64,000 nt of DNA from an uncultured Methanomicrobiales archaeon (GTDB lineage Archaea > Halobacteriota > Methanomicrobia > Methanomicrobiales > Methanospirillaceae). The DNA lies in NCBI GenBank assembly GCA_963758915.1, contig CAVWXH010000003.1, positions 160,001 to 224,000 on the forward strand. Direction: 5' to 3'. The number at the start of each line of letters is the position of its first letter. Within the stretch, counting starts at the first letter, position 1. Position numbers and translations under genes: made by a program. This document shows positions 19,739 to 31,094 of the stretch, piece by piece. Below the pieces are notes generated by a model. That model saw nothing but the letters and a program-made list of their open reading frames with translations, searched no databases and was not told the origin of the DNA.

Positions 19739-21450
19739 ATGGCAGAATATATCATTAAAAACGGATTTGTATTTGACCCCGTCCAGGGTATCAAGGGCGA
19801 TAAGTCCGATGTTGCCATCAAGGATGGTAAAATCGTCAAGGACGTCTCAAAATCTGCAAAGGTCATCGATGCCGCAGGAAAGACGGTAATGGCCGGTGCA
19901 GTGGAGATCCACGCCCATATCGCAGGCCCGAAGGTGAACCTCGGCCGGATCTACCGTCCGGAAGACAAACTCTTCACCTGTACTGCAACCAAGGGAATTG
20001 AACGGACAGGCTCCGGGAACTCGATCCCGAGCACCTTCAAGACAGGCTACGAATATGCCAAGATGGGTTACACGACGGCATGGAGGCAGCAATGCCACCC
20101 ATGTTCTCACGCCACGTGCATGAGGAGATCCGGGACACCCCGATCATTGACGAGGGTGCATTCCCTGTCTTCGGCAACAACTGGTTCGTGATGGAGTACC
20201 TGAAAAACAACGAGGTAGAGAACACCGCTGCGTATATCGCCTGGCTGCTCCGTGCAACCAAGGGATACGCCGTCAAGGTCGTCAACCCCGGTGGCACCGA
20301 AGCATGGGGATGGGGACTGAACTGTCTCTCGATCCATGACCCGGTACCCGTACTTCGATATCACCCCGGCAGAAATTGTGAAGGGGCTTATCGAGGCAAA
20401 CGAGTACCTCGGTCTCCCGCACTCGATGCACATCCACCCGAATAACCTCGGGAACCCCGGATGTTACCAGACAACCCTGGACACCCTGAACCTCGCAGAC
20501 GGCTACAAGGCAAAGAACAAGTTCGGTCGTGAGCAGGTCATGCACATTACCCACATGCAGTTCCATTCCTACGGTGGAGAGAACTGGGGTAATTTCGAGT
20601 CCAAGGCCACAGAGATCATGAACCACGTGAACAGTCACAAGAACCTCACGATTGACACGGGTAATGTTACTCTCGACGAGACCACCACCATGACAGCCGA
20701 CGGTCCGTTCGAGCACCACCTGACAGGTCTCAACCACCTGAAGTGGGCAAACTGTGACGTGGAACTCGAGACTGCAGCCGGTGTCGTGCCGTATATCTAC
20801 AGCCCTGATATCAAGGTCTGCGCAATCCAGTGGTCAATCGGTCTTGAACTTGCACTCCTCGCAAAAGACCCGATGCGTTGTTTCATTACGACTGATCACC
20901 CGAATGCAGGACCATTCACCCGGTACCCCCGTGTCTTCAAGTGGCTGATGTCAGAGAAGGCCCGTAACGAGCGGCTCAACACCTTCAAGAATGCTGACAA
21001 GGTAATCGCTGCATCAACACTGTCAGCCTTGACCGTGAGATCACGCTCTACGAGCTTGCCCAGATGACCCGTGCAGGGCCGGCAAAGTCCCTCGGACTTG
21101 CCAGTATCTGTGGTGGCTTAAAACCAGGCATGGACGCAGACGTTGCAGTGTATGATTTCAACCCGGACAAGCCACTAGCTGACCCCGAAATGATTGAGAC
21201 TGCATTCTCACGTGCGGCATATGTCTTCAAGAGTGGTGTGCAGGTTGTCACTCATGGTGACATCGTGAGCACCGGTAACAAGCGTACCCTCTGGGTCGAT
21301 GCCAAGGTAAAGGACAACCCGCAGGTAATGCGTGATATCAGGGAGAAATTCCTGAAGTATTATAGCATGACCCAGGCAAACTACGAATCACTCGGGCACC
21401 ACTTCGTCCCGAATCCATTTGCATTAGAGGTTGATGCAACCCAGGTGTAG
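19739..21450 (+). CDS. fwdA: Formylmethanofuran dehydrogenase subunit A (split by three indels)
   Basis: Consecutive ORFs 19739-20191, 20080-20445, 20336-21067 and 21064-21450 carry HAHIAGPKVN, EAAMPP, KVVNPGG, HIHPNNLG, TDHPNAGPF and MTRAGPAK. Confidence 0.93.
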
Positions 21451-21459
21451 GTGTAGAAC

Positions 21460-22261
21460 ATGGAAACCGTAACAATCACCATGAAAAACCCTCCGGCGTT
21501 GTACCTCGAAGCAGAACACATCTGCCCGGATGAATTTGCGGGAAAAACAGCCGCACAGATCGCAGAACTCCATGTATACGAAGGGAATACGAAATATACA
21601 CTGGGCAAGTATTTCGAAGTCTCCGGGAATGCAGGGGCAACAGCCGCAGAGACGAAGATCGTTGTCAGGGGCGATGTGAAGAAAGTCAAGTACATCGGCA
21701 TGAAGATGAGTGCCGGTGAGGTCGTCGTCGAAGGCAGCACCGACCTGTATGCCGGCGCATGGATGTCCGGCGGCAGGATGCTTGTCAAAGGCGATATCCA
21801 GGCCTTTGCAGCAACAGGCAATGAAAGGCGGGGAACTCATTATTGAGGGGAACGCCGGCAATTACCTTGGTGCTGCATACCGCGGCGACTGGCGTGGCAT
21901 GTCCGGCGGGAAGATCCTCGTAAAGGGGAACGCCGGCAGTGATGTTGGCATGTACATGACGGGTGGTGAGATGGTCATCAACGGGAACGTGGATGTCCAC
22001 CTTGCGACCCATGCGGAAGGCGGGAAAATCATCGTCAAAGGAAACACACCAGGCAAAGTTGCAGGACAGATGGTGGAGGGAGATGTCATCATCTTCGGTA
22101 CCATCGATGTGATGATGCCGGGTTTCAAGTATGTCGATGATGTAGACCTTGAAGTCGAGGGAACCACCGCAAAATTTGCCCACTATATTGGCGACACCGG
22201 CGAACGCCACAAGAAAAGAAAAGGACAGATGGTATACGGTAACTTATACCAGAAAATCTGA
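21460..22261 (+). CDS. fwdC: Formylmethanofuran dehydrogenase subunit C (one indel near 21815)
   Basis: GxxMxGG beta-helix repeats and YRGDWRGMSGG across ORFs 21460-21846 and 21710-22261. Confidence 0.93.
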
Positions 22262-22301
22262 TCTTTTTCACCAAAAGAGCGCACTGCAAATTCATACAAT
22301 T

Positions 22302-22468
22302 GAAGTATTAACATAATACTTCGTAATACTATTTTTACTTTTATTCATACCAACTTTATTGATGATTCCGAATATGGGGGTAATATTTGAATATTCCCCC
22401 ATTATAAGTAATTATTTTAATAGTATTATATTAAAATTTAAAAATAAAAAACACAACACTTATATTAA
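22302..22468 (+). promoter_or_regulatory. mcr promoter region with two inverted repeats and a TATA box
   Basis: GAAGTATTA-aca-TAATACTTC (22302-22322), ATGGGGGtAATATT-tg-AATATTCCCCCAT (22374-22402), and TTATATTAA at 22460-22468 after an A-rich tract. Confidence 0.55.
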
Positions 22469-22606
22469 GAGTATATGAATATACAACTGTCCCATGAGGG
22501 GACGTGCAATAGTGACCGTCAACCTGCATCCGTGAGCCGTGGCGCTCATACACTCTCAGTGAACGTATTGTACAATTTGGTAAACGTAAATTAACGGAGG
22601 AAAATT

Positions 22607-23922
22607 ATGGCAAAATACAAGGAAACAATTGACCTTTATGACGATGAGGGGAAGCTGCTCAAGAGTGGCGTCACCCTTGAAAAAATCAGCCCACTGGTCA
22701 ACCCGGGGATGAAGAAGATCATCGACCTGACCAAGAGAACGGTCGCAGTCAACTTCGCCGGTATCGATGAGGCATTGAAGACCGGAAAGGTCGGCGGCAA
22801 GAGCAACCAGATCCTTGGGCGCACCATGAAAGTGGACTGTGTCAAGGACAGCGATGCACTCTCAGCCAAGATCAAGGAAATGGTCGAAGTCACCGCCGGT
22901 GACAACACCAAGATCACCAAGGTCGGCGGCGGCAAGATGATCCTCGTCGAGTGCCCGTCAGCCCGTCTTGACTCAGCAGCAACCTATGATGCAGCCTCAA
23001 CGGCAGTTGCAGCAGCAACCACCTATGCACTGATGGAACAGTACAAGGTCGACATGTTCGACATGTCGATGGTCAAGGCAGCAGTCTGGGGTACCTACCC
23101 GCAGACAATGGACATGCAGGGCGGCAATGTCGTCTCAATCCTGTCCATCCCACAGAACAACGAAGGTCTCGGGTACGCACTCCGTAACATCCCTGCGAAC
23201 CACGCAGCAATGATGACCCACCGGAATGCAATCCAGGGTGCAGCACTTTCGTCCATATTCGAGCAGGCCGGAGAGTTCGAGATGGGTGCCGCAATCGGCC
23301 CCTTCGAGCGTGCACAGCTCCTGCTTCTCGCATACCAGGGACTTAATGCAAACAACCTCGTCTACGACCTCGTCAAGAAGAACGGCAAGACAGGAACTAT
23401 CGGTACCGTCGTCCAGAGCCTTGTAGAGAGGGCACTTGAGGACAAGGTCATCAAGGCAGGAAAGAAGGCCAAGAGCGGTTACACATTCATGGACACCAAG
23501 GACCCAATGATGTGGAATGCCTACGCCTCAGCAGGAACCCTTGCAGCAACCATGGTAAACTGTGGTGCAGGACGTTTCGCACAGGCAGTATCTGCAACCC
23601 TGTCTGTACTTCAACGACCTGCTCGAGCATGAGACCGGCCTCCCAGGCTCTGACTTCGGTCGTGCAATGGGTGTCGCAGTCGGGTTCTCATTCTTCAGCC
23701 ACTCGATCTATGGTGGCGGTGGCCCAGGGGTCTTCAACGGTAACCACGTCGTGACCCGTCACGCCGCCGGTGTTGGTATGCCCTGTATCGTCGCAGCATG
23801 TTGTCTCGACGCAGGTACCCAGATGTTCGGCCCAGAAGCCACATCGAAGATCTACGCAGGACACCTTCGGCCAGATTGAAGAGTTCAAGAAGCCGATGCA
23901 GTCAGTTGCGAAAGTTGTATAA
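22607..23922 (+). CDS. mcrB: Methyl-coenzyme M reductase beta subunit (two indels)
   Basis: [41 protein letters not shown] and NGNHVVTRH motifs. The last frame ends [13 protein letters not shown]-stop at 23922. Confidence 0.96.
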
Positions 23923-23939
23923 CTTCATTAAGGATTCGA

Positions 23940-24410
23940 ATGACAGATGCCAAATATCCTCAGGTAAGGATCGTCACCGAGCGTTTACTCAACCCGGAAA
24001 CCGTGGAACGTCTCCTCAACCAGATTGTTACCGTGGAAGGAATCCGGAGGATCATCCTGAATGGTCCCCGGCTGCCTTCCACGGTCCCTTACGGGCCTGC
24101 CCGTAATGTAACAAATCCTCATTCCATGAGAGGAATGATCAAGGTTGGCGAACAGGAGATGGAACTCGCCGTTCATGTTGGAACATTACTGCTCGAACTT
24201 GAAAGCCGCGATGTGATTCCATCACTCAAGGCTGCATGTGACCCGGTCTTTACCGAGTTTACGTACCGGATCCAGGAAGGACGGTATATGAAGACGGAAC
24301 CATCACTGTCTGACTATGCAAAATACGGACCGGATGCGGATAAGAGTATTATCGGAATGGCGGATCCGAAAAGCAAAACGGGCCCCGTAATTCTACAGGG
24401 AATAAAATAA
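23940..24410 (+). CDS. mcrD: Mcr operon protein D
   Basis: RLLNPETVERLLN, GPRLPSTVPYGPAR and DYAKYG motifs. Confidence 0.95.
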   Translation: MTDAKYPQVRIVTERLLNPETVERLLNQIVTVEGIRRIILNGPRLPSTVPYGPARNVTNPHSMRGMIKVGEQEMELAVHVGTLLLELESRDVIPSLKAACDPVFTEFTYRIQEGRYMKTEPSLSDYAKYGPDADKSIIGMADPKSKTGPVILQGIK

Positions 24411-24412
24411 CT

Positions 24413-25051
24413 ATGCCGATGGGAAGAGTTACCCAGGTTGTCGATTGCCGCGAGGCGATGGGCATGGGAAAAGGTGGTGGAATAGCCCAGCGTGGGACTA
24501 TATCAGAATGCCGTTACCCGGATGTTATCGTGGTCGGCATGTCCCCGGGACGGCGCCATGTCACCAAGCCCGTGTGCGATATCACCTCAGCACTCAGACA
24601 ACAGGGGATCGAGTACAGTATCAGTACCCTGGTGCTGAACGCCGGAAGCGGCGTACCACCCGATGCACAGCATATTGGCGGTGGCGTACTCGGAGCATAT
24701 TTCGGCATAACCGATAAAGAGATCCGGCAGATCGAGAAGCATAAACTAGCCATTCTGCACCATGGAAATGTACGCTCCCATGTAGTCCACAAGGTGAGAT
24801 ATATTCTCCAGGCATGCGATATCAGGGCAGTCGTGGTCTCCCAGGCCCCGATTGACTTTGAAGATCTCGCAAAGGAAGGCGTAAAGACTGCGGTGGTAAT
24901 GCCCCCCGCGGATAAGGTGAAGACCAGGGGCACCGTCATGGCAATTGTCAGCGGTGTTACACGAGGTCAGACACCAACACGTGAAAAAATGGCAGAAGTC
25001 ATTCATGCAGTAATGAAATTAATGAAATCTGAAAAAAATCAGGAGAGATAA
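24413..25051 (+). CDS. mcrC: Mcr operon protein C
   Basis: VVDCREAMGMGKGGGIAQRGT and MSPGRRHVTKPVCDIT motifs. Confidence 0.96.
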   Translation: MPMGRVTQVVDCREAMGMGKGGGIAQRGTISECRYPDVIVVGMSPGRRHVTKPVCDITSALRQQGIEYSISTLVLNAGSGVPPDAQHIGGGVLGAYFGITDKEIRQIEKHKLAILHHGNVRSHVVHKVRYILQACDIRAVVVSQAPIDFEDLAKEGVKTAVVMPPADKVKTRGTVMAIVSGVTRGQTPTREKMAEVIHAVMKLMKSEKNQER

Positions 25052-25054
25052 AAC

Positions 25055-25819
25055 ATGGCTTACAAACCACAGTATGGACCTGGTTCATCCACTGTCGCCG
25101 CAAACAGGCGCAAGTACATGGACCCGGATCAGAAGCTGGAAAAGGTCCGCGATGTGACCGATGAAGATATCGTACTGATCCTCGGGCACCGTGCACCAGG
25201 GTCTGCATACAAGACTGCCCACCCCCCGCTTGCAGAACAAACGGAACCAGCATGTCCAATCAGGAAACTCGTGACCCCGACAGACGGCGCAAAGGCCGGG
25301 GACCGCATCCGTTACATCCAGTTCGCTGACTCGATGTACAATGCACCCTGCCAGCCATACCTCAGGTCCTACCTCGAGGCATACAAGTTCCGTGGCATTG
25401 ACCCAGGTACCCTTTCAGGACGTCAGATCCTCGAATGCCGTGAGAGAGACCTTGAAAAATACTCCAAGGAACTCGTCAACACCGTACTCTTTGACCCGGC
25501 ACTGACCGGTGTCCGTGGTGCAACCGTGCACGGTCACTCACTCCGTCTCGCAGAAGACGGGATGATGTTCGACATGCTCCAGCGCTGCGTCCTCGACAAG
25601 AAGAGCGGCATTGTAAAATACGTCAAGAACCAGATTGGTGAGCCCCTCGACAAGGAAGTCAAGGTCGGAAAGCCAATGGATGCAAAGTGGCTCAAGGCAC
25701 ATTCAGGTATCTTCCACTCACTCGTCGGTGTAGCCTTCCGTGATGATGCAGAATATATCGAATATGTCCAGCGTGTCCACTCGCTGAGGACCAAATACGG
25801 CTTCATGCCAAAGGAGTGA
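25055..25819 (+). CDS. mcrG: Methyl-coenzyme M reductase gamma subunit
   Basis: [26 protein letters not shown] and [10 protein letters not shown] motifs. Confidence 0.97.
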   Translation: MAYKPQYGPGSSTVAANRRKYMDPDQKLEKVRDVTDEDIVLILGHRAPGSAYKTAHPPLAEQTEPACPIRKLVTPTDGAKAGDRIRYIQFADSMYNAPCQPYLRSYLEAYKFRGIDPGTLSGRQILECRERDLEKYSKELVNTVLFDPALTGVRGATVHGHSLRLAEDGMMFDMLQRCVLDKKSGIVKYVKNQIGEPLDKEVKVGKPMDAKWLKAHSGIFHSLVGVAFRDDAEYIEYVQRVHSLRTKYGFMPKE

Positions 25820-25824
25820 TTGAA

Positions 25825-27510
25825 ATGGCAACAAAGAAAATCGAAAGAACCCAGAAGCTCTTCCTGAAGGCGCTCAAGACAAAATTCGCAGAGGACCCAC
25901 AGGCAACCCAGACCGTGTTCGCACGTGAAGGCCTGAAACAGTCCAAGAACAAGATGGATTTCGTCAAGGAAGGCCAGAAGGTAGCAATGGAACGTGGAAT
26001 CAGCCAGTACGACCCAATCCGCTGCCACCTTGGTGGTATCCCGCTCGGTCAGCGCCAGCTGATGACCTACGAAGTCTCCAACACCGGTGTCTTCGTTGAG
26101 GGTGATGACCTCCACTTCGTCAACAACGCTGCCATGCAGCAGATGTGGGACGACATCAGGAGGACCATCATCGTAGGACTCGACCTCGCTCACCAGACCC
26201 TCCAGAAGCGTCTCGGTAAGGAAGTCACCCCTGAGACCATCAACGAGTACCTCCACGTACTGAACCACGCAATGCCCGGTGCAGCCGTCGTTCAGGAACA
26301 CATGGTCGAGACTCACCCATCCCTCGTTGACGACTGTTACGTCAAGGTATTTACCGGCGACGACGAGATGGCAGACGACATCGAGCCACAGTTCCTGATC
26401 AACGTTGAGAAGCTCTTCCCAGGCAAGAGTGCAGAGGCACTCAAGGCCGCAGTCGGCAAGTCAATGTACCAGGCAGTTCACATCCCAACAACCGTATCAA
26501 GGACCTGCGATGGTGGGACCACCTCAAGATGGTCAGCCATGCAGATCGGTATGTCATTCATCGGAGCCTACCACATGTGCGCCGGTGAAGCAGCAACCGC
26601 AGACCTTGCATACGCCGCAAAGCACGCCGGTGTCATCCAGATGGCCGACATCCTGCCAGCCCGCCGTGCCCGTGGTCCAAACGAGCCCGGTGGTATCAAG
26701 TTCGGTCACTTCGCCGATATGATCCAGGGCGACCGCAAGTACCCGAACGACCCGGTCCGTGCAGCCCTTGAGGTTGTCGGTGCAGGAGCAATGCTCTTCG
26801 ACCAGATCTGGCTCGGGTCCTACATGTCCGGTGGTGTCGGGTTCACACAGTATGCAACCGCAGCATACACCGACAACATCCTCGACGACTACACCTACTA
26901 CGGTATGGACTATGTAAAGTCCAAGTACGGTGGAGCCGGCAAGGTACCATGCAAGCAGGACGCAGTCAACGATGTTGCAACTGAAGTCACGCTCTATGGT
27001 ATGGAACAGTACGAACAGTACCCGACTGCACTCGAGACCCACTTCGGTGGCTCACAGCGTGCATCCGTACTCGCAGCAGCAGCAGGTCTGTCAGCTTCAA
27101 TCGGTACCGGAAACTCCAATGCCGGTCTGAACGCCTGGTACATGTCGATGCTCCTGCACAAGGAAGGATGGTCACGTCTCGGCTTCTTCGGCTACGACCT
27201 GCAGGACCAGTGCGGTTCAGCAAACTCGATGGCTATCAGAGGCGACGAGGGTTGTATCGGAGAACTCCGTGGACCAAACTACCCGAACTACGCAATGAAC
27301 GTCGGTCACCAGGGAGAGTACGCAGCAATTGCAGCCGCAGCTCACTACGGACGCAAGGACGCATGGACCCTCAGCCCCCTGATCAAGATCTGTTTCGCAG
27401 ACCCCTCGCTCAAGTTCGACTTCTCCGAACCACGCAGAGAGTTCGCAAAGGGTGCAATCCGCGAGTTCATGCCCGCCGGAGAGCGCTCACTGATCATACC
27501 AGCAAGGTAA
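25825..27510 (+). CDS. mcrA: Methyl-coenzyme M reductase alpha subunit
   Basis: [52 protein letters not shown] and YAMNVGHQ motifs. Confidence 0.99.
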   Translation: MATKKIERTQKLFLKALKTKFAEDPQATQTVFAREGLKQSKNKMDFVKEGQKVAMERGISQYDPIRCHLGGIPLGQRQLMTYEVSNTGVFVEGDDLHFVNNAAMQQMWDDIRRTIIVGLDLAHQTLQKRLGKEVTPETINEYLHVLNHAMPGAAVVQEHMVETHPSLVDDCYVKVFTGDDEMADDIEPQFLINVEKLFPGKSAEALKAAVGKSMYQAVHIPTTVSRTCDGGTTSRWSAMQIGMSFIGAYHMCAGEAATADLAYAAKHAGVIQMADILPARRARGPNEPGGIKFGHFADMIQGDRKYPNDPVRAALEVVGAGAMLFDQIWLGSYMSGGVGFTQYATAAYTDNILDDYTYYGMDYVKSKYGGAGKVPCKQDAVNDVATEVTLYGMEQYEQYPTALETHFGGSQRASVLAAAAGLSASIGTGNSNAGLNAWYMSMLLHKEGWSRLGFFGYDLQDQCGSANSMAIRGDEGCIGELRGPNYPNYAMNVGHQGEYAAIAAAAHYGRKDAWTLSPLIKICFADPSLKFDFSEPRREFAKGAIREFMPAGERSLIIPAR

Positions 27511-27523
27511 GATCAATTCATCC

Positions 27524-27541
27524 ATTTTTTTTCCTTTTTTT
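27524..27541 (+). terminator. Oligo(T) terminator after mcrA
   Basis: T-tracts (TTTTTTTTTCCTTTTTTT) starting 14 nt after the stop. Confidence 0.6.
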
Positions 27542-27882
27542 GCGTAATCACTTTCCCACAAACACCGCCCCCTCCCTGTTCCTGCCATCCAGCACCACTA
27601 ATACCGATCGTAACAGGCCATGTGAAAAAAGCGGGATTCTGACACTTGTTAATTATTCCGGGAATTTTGTGATGTGCCAACGGAACTAAATTATTGTTGA
27701 AATTATTGGTTTGGTACTTCACCCGGTTGATTACCATCTTTACCCAGATGATTACCGAACGCGTTAGTATCAGAGTGGAATTAGCTGGAATTATCCTCAT
27801 TATCCTGATAACCAGGATGTGTGGGGGGATTGTAAATTGAATGCATGAAAAAAACAGAGAATATCGGATTAATTCCCCCTAA

Positions 27883-28059
27883 CTATTTACATGGATATAT
27901 ATCATCGGTATCTGAGACGACAGTTTCGCCCCAATACAACCAGTTCCGATAGATGATTGGGGTGATAATTGTCGTGACAAGACTCATCATGACAAGGGCA
28001 ACGTAAATATTCTGGTCGATGATCCCCTGCTGGAGCCCGATCAATGCGACGATCATGGC
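27883..28059 (-). pseudogene. C-terminal remnant of a CPA2/Kef-type cation:proton antiporter
   Basis: Minus strand reads AMIVALIGLQQGIIDQNIYVALVMMSLVTTIITPIIYRNW...-stop, with an in-frame stop just upstream. Confidence 0.6.
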
Positions 28060-28089
28060 CTCAAATGGCTACCCTCATCCCATGTCGTG

Positions 28090-28350
28090 CAAGTCAAGCT
28101 TACACCAAACGAAGTCACATTCCTTTCGCAACTTGTCCAGCTTTTAAAGACCTTTTTCTTCATTTACCTCGGCATGTCGATTATCCTCAGCAATACAGAG
28201 GCGTTGAAGATCGGGCTCGTTATTACCCTGATCCTGTTTGTTACGAGAATCCTGATCGTACGGTTTTTCATCCCGAAATCCATTCCATTCTGGGATGCGA
28301 GCATTATGGCAGTTATGATCCCGGAAAGGGCTTGCCGGTGCGGTCCTCGC
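28090..28350 (+). pseudogene. Internal remnant of an NhaP/CPA1-type antiporter
   Basis: FLSQLVQLLKTFFFIYLGMSI...VTRILIVRF...MAVMIP; a one-base shift continues KGLAGAVLA. No N- or C-terminus. Confidence 0.6.
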
Positions 28351-28359
28351 CGCAAACGA

Positions 28360-28490
28360 CGAACTTCTGGATGATACCGCCCTTGCCTTGCGGACGGATA
28401 AAGGACTGGTCATCATCACCGGTTGTTCGCCCTCGGGGATTTGCAATATCACAGAACACGCAAAAATGGTATGTGAAGAGGACCGTGTTA
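28360..28490 (+). pseudogene. Remnant of an MBL-fold metallohydrolase
   Basis: LLDDTALALRTDKGLVIITGCSPSGICNITEHAK matches the DDxAL...GLVIITGCSHSGICNI motif, with the His lost. Confidence 0.6.
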
Positions 28491-28658
28491 TAGTTTGGAT
28501 TATCCTGCCCCGGACGTATTTCCGAAATATCAAAAATTGCGTACGGGTAACAAAAAAGCAACTTGTGACATGCCGGGTCAGTAATCTTTTTTGCCGGGCC
28601 TGAACTATCAACAAAATGGGCAGCAATATTCTGCACCATTAGATCATGTTTTTACTCA

Positions 28659-28680
28659 TTATGCGCATATGTGTAATTAT
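28659..28680 (+). promoter_or_regulatory. Operator-like motif, copy 1
   Basis: TTATGCGCATATGTGTAATTAT just downstream of TTTTTACT; near-identical copies at 31059 and 34799. Confidence 0.7.
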
Positions 28681-28713
28681 AGTGCGGGCAACCGTACACC
28701 AAGGGTAGACACA

Positions 28714-28953
28714 ATGCCAGAACAAACAACAAACAAAACCAGCAACGAAGAATCAGTTACCCCCGTTCGAAGGGGTTGTATCGATGAAAACACCTGTGCT
28801 TGCGGAGAAACGCACGAGCACCATGAAGGTGATGGCAGCCACCGGGAAGCCTGCACGTCCCCGATGAAATTTGGAAACACCTGCTGCTGCGAACCTGGTG
28901 AAAACGCCGATAATGCGCCCCACCGCTGCGGGCACGGGCCCCGCTGCCGATAA
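28714..28953 (+). CDS. Small Cys/His-rich protein (79 aa), metallothionein-like
   Basis: 9 Cys and 6 His (CAC, THEHH, CCC, HRCGH); preceded by the shared operator/TATA unit. Confidence 0.6.
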   Translation: MPEQTTNKTSNEESVTPVRRGCIDENTCACGETHEHHEGDGSHREACTSPMKFGNTCCCEPGENADNAPHRCGHGPRCR

Positions 28954-29259
28954 AAGGTACCCTTCACGAAATAGTGAGCGTGATATCAGATTATCGTGTA
29001 TTCCTGAATGAATGGAAATACTATACGCGGGTATTGATAGTAACAAGGGTTTTTCCGGTACCTGTTGTCCTTTTACAGAGCAACAAGTGATCGATGCAGG
29101 ACCCAAATCACCATACAGATTTTGAAGCAGAATGAATTTTCTGCTCCCACCGTTTTTTGAATTTCTACGCAGGAATTGTCAGGAAGGGCCCTTATCCTGC
29201 CATAACAGGTAGGAATGAATCGATAATAAGAGGGAAAAAATGTATGGCTCCAACTGCGT

Positions 29260-30340
29260 TCACCGTTCGGCACATCCTATACAGGGATCTATCGATAGCA
29301 CAATTACCGGCACATCCGCGAGGTCGCATCCTTTCAGCGCTTTTACGAGGAACGGAACATTTGCAAATGTAGGTGTCCTGACCCTGTGCCGGAGCAGATG
29401 ACGGGTCCCGTTTCCCTTTACATAATGCATCACTTCACCACGGGGCTGTTCTGCCCGTGCCCAGCACTCACCATTGGGCGTTCCGGTAACTTTAACTTCA
29501 ACCGGTCCATCGGGAATGTTATCTACCGCCTTTGTGATAATATCAATCGATGTCAGCAGACTCCTTTCCCCGGACAACACAGCGGGCATAACAATCTCCA
29601 CTTGTTTCCACCACGGGCTCAAAATCGATCTTGTCATAGGCTGCATACCCAAGCATTCGGGCGTCCTCTGCAATGCCACTTCCACGCCCTGTCGGACCGA
29701 CTGCACCAAGTTCATAGGCCTCCTTTTCCGGAATTATCCCAATCCCTTTCGTACGGTGCCGGACCGAACTGTCATTGAAAAAAACATTGTTCAATTCCCT
29801 TATTTCAGTCCCCAAATCTTTTAGACCTGTGACCATCTCGTCGAGTTTCTTACTCTCAATATCCCTGCGGACACCTCCAATCTTGCACGCCCCCTGGATA
29901 ACACGTCCTCCTGTGGTTGCCTCAAGGTCGTCAAGGATATGTTCCGCAACCGCCACGACTGCATAAAGAGGTTTTCAAATCCGAGGGAATCGGCAAACAA
30001 ACCAAGCCAGAGGAGATGAGAATGCATCCTTGAATATTCAGACCATATCGTTCGAAGATACAGGGCCCGCTCAGGGACATCGATACCCATAACCGTCTCA
30101 ATTGCTGTCACGTACGGTACTGCCATGAATAAAGCTACAAATACCGCATATCCGTTCCGCAACGTACACATATTCAGGGAATTCACGTTTTTCGACCAGT
30201 TTTTCCAGCCCACGGTGGACATATCCTATAGAGGGAATTGCCTCAACCACTATTTCATCCTCAAGGACGAGGTCGAGGTGGATAGGTTCCGGTAGCACCG
30301 GGTGCTGTGGCCCGAATGGGATGATTATTCGCCGGGACAC
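29260..30340 (-). CDS. echE: Group 4 [NiFe] hydrogenase large subunit, EchE-like (three indels)
   Basis: PFGPQHPVLPEP, GYVHRGLEK, ERICGICS (L1), EQPRGE and terminal DPCIGCAER (L2, no maturation tail), spread over four ORFs. May be a true pseudogene. Confidence 0.85.
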
Positions 30341-30714
30341 GAGTCATCCTCCTTGCGGTCGGTATTTACACTGAACGGGTATTTGACAGCGGTCCGGAAG
30401 AAATTTCCATTGAAATCGACAGCATTCCCATCAACGGTAATACCAAAGAGATCATGGATCTCGTTCTGGTACGGGAACGCAGCCCAATAAATCCCGGTGA
30501 TACTGGGAAGCGGGGTTTCCCGCGAGATAAGCAGGCGTATCGTCCGGAATGAAAAATTAAGGTCAAACGAATAGTCCACCTGGAACAGCTCACCGAGTTT
30601 GGTTATGCTTATCGCAACGAGCCTGTACCCTTCATTCCTGAGCGCGGAAACACCGGGTAAAAGATCTGGAGTTTCAGTTGGAATAACAGGTTGTTCTTCT
30701 GCCTTCATACTCAT
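30325..30714 (-). CDS. echD: EchD/NuoC-like subunit
   Basis: GYRLVAIS, YSFD and LPSITGIYWAAFPYQNEIHDLFGI motifs; overlaps the echE start. Confidence 0.85.
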   Translation of the reverse strand: MSMKAEEQPVIPTETPDLLPGVSALRNEGYRLVAISITKLGELFQVDYSFDLNFSFRTIRLLISRETPLPSITGIYWAAFPYQNEIHDLFGITVDGNAVDFNGNFFRTAVKYPFSVNTDRKEDDSCPGE

Positions 30715-31058
30715 CGATCACCCTGCTTTTGCAGCTCCTATAATTTCCATATCCTTTTGATGATGATGAATTGATTATCGACGTAATGAGCACGTGCACA
30801 TCATTACTGAGGAGATGTGTCGGGGAATGACACGGATATTGATTAAGAATTTTCATAGGCACGATCTATTAGCGCTCGTATGAGTAAAAATTAACCTTGG
30901 TGCCATTTTATTAAAGACAGGCAATATTGGATCAACATAAGGCTGAACTGTCGAAAAGATGTTGCATGCCGGACAAAGACCAGCATACCGCAAGATACGA
31001 TCCATAATTTTTCCTAAAAATCCCCAGGACATCTGCTGCGATCCATACATTTATACTA

Positions 31059-31080
31059 TTATGCGCATATGAGTAATAAT
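31059..31080 (+). promoter_or_regulatory. Operator-like motif, copy 2
   Basis: TTATGCGCATATGAGTAATAAT directly after the TATA-like TTTATACT. Confidence 0.75.
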
Positions 31081-31094
31081 CAAAGGTTGAGATC

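Noticed and set aside
19739-23922. fwdA, fwdC and mcrB as pseudogenes or programmed frameshifts
   Set aside because: These are essential genes with intact motifs, breaks fully explained by single-base shifts, and no consistent slippery sites; sequencing error is more plausible.
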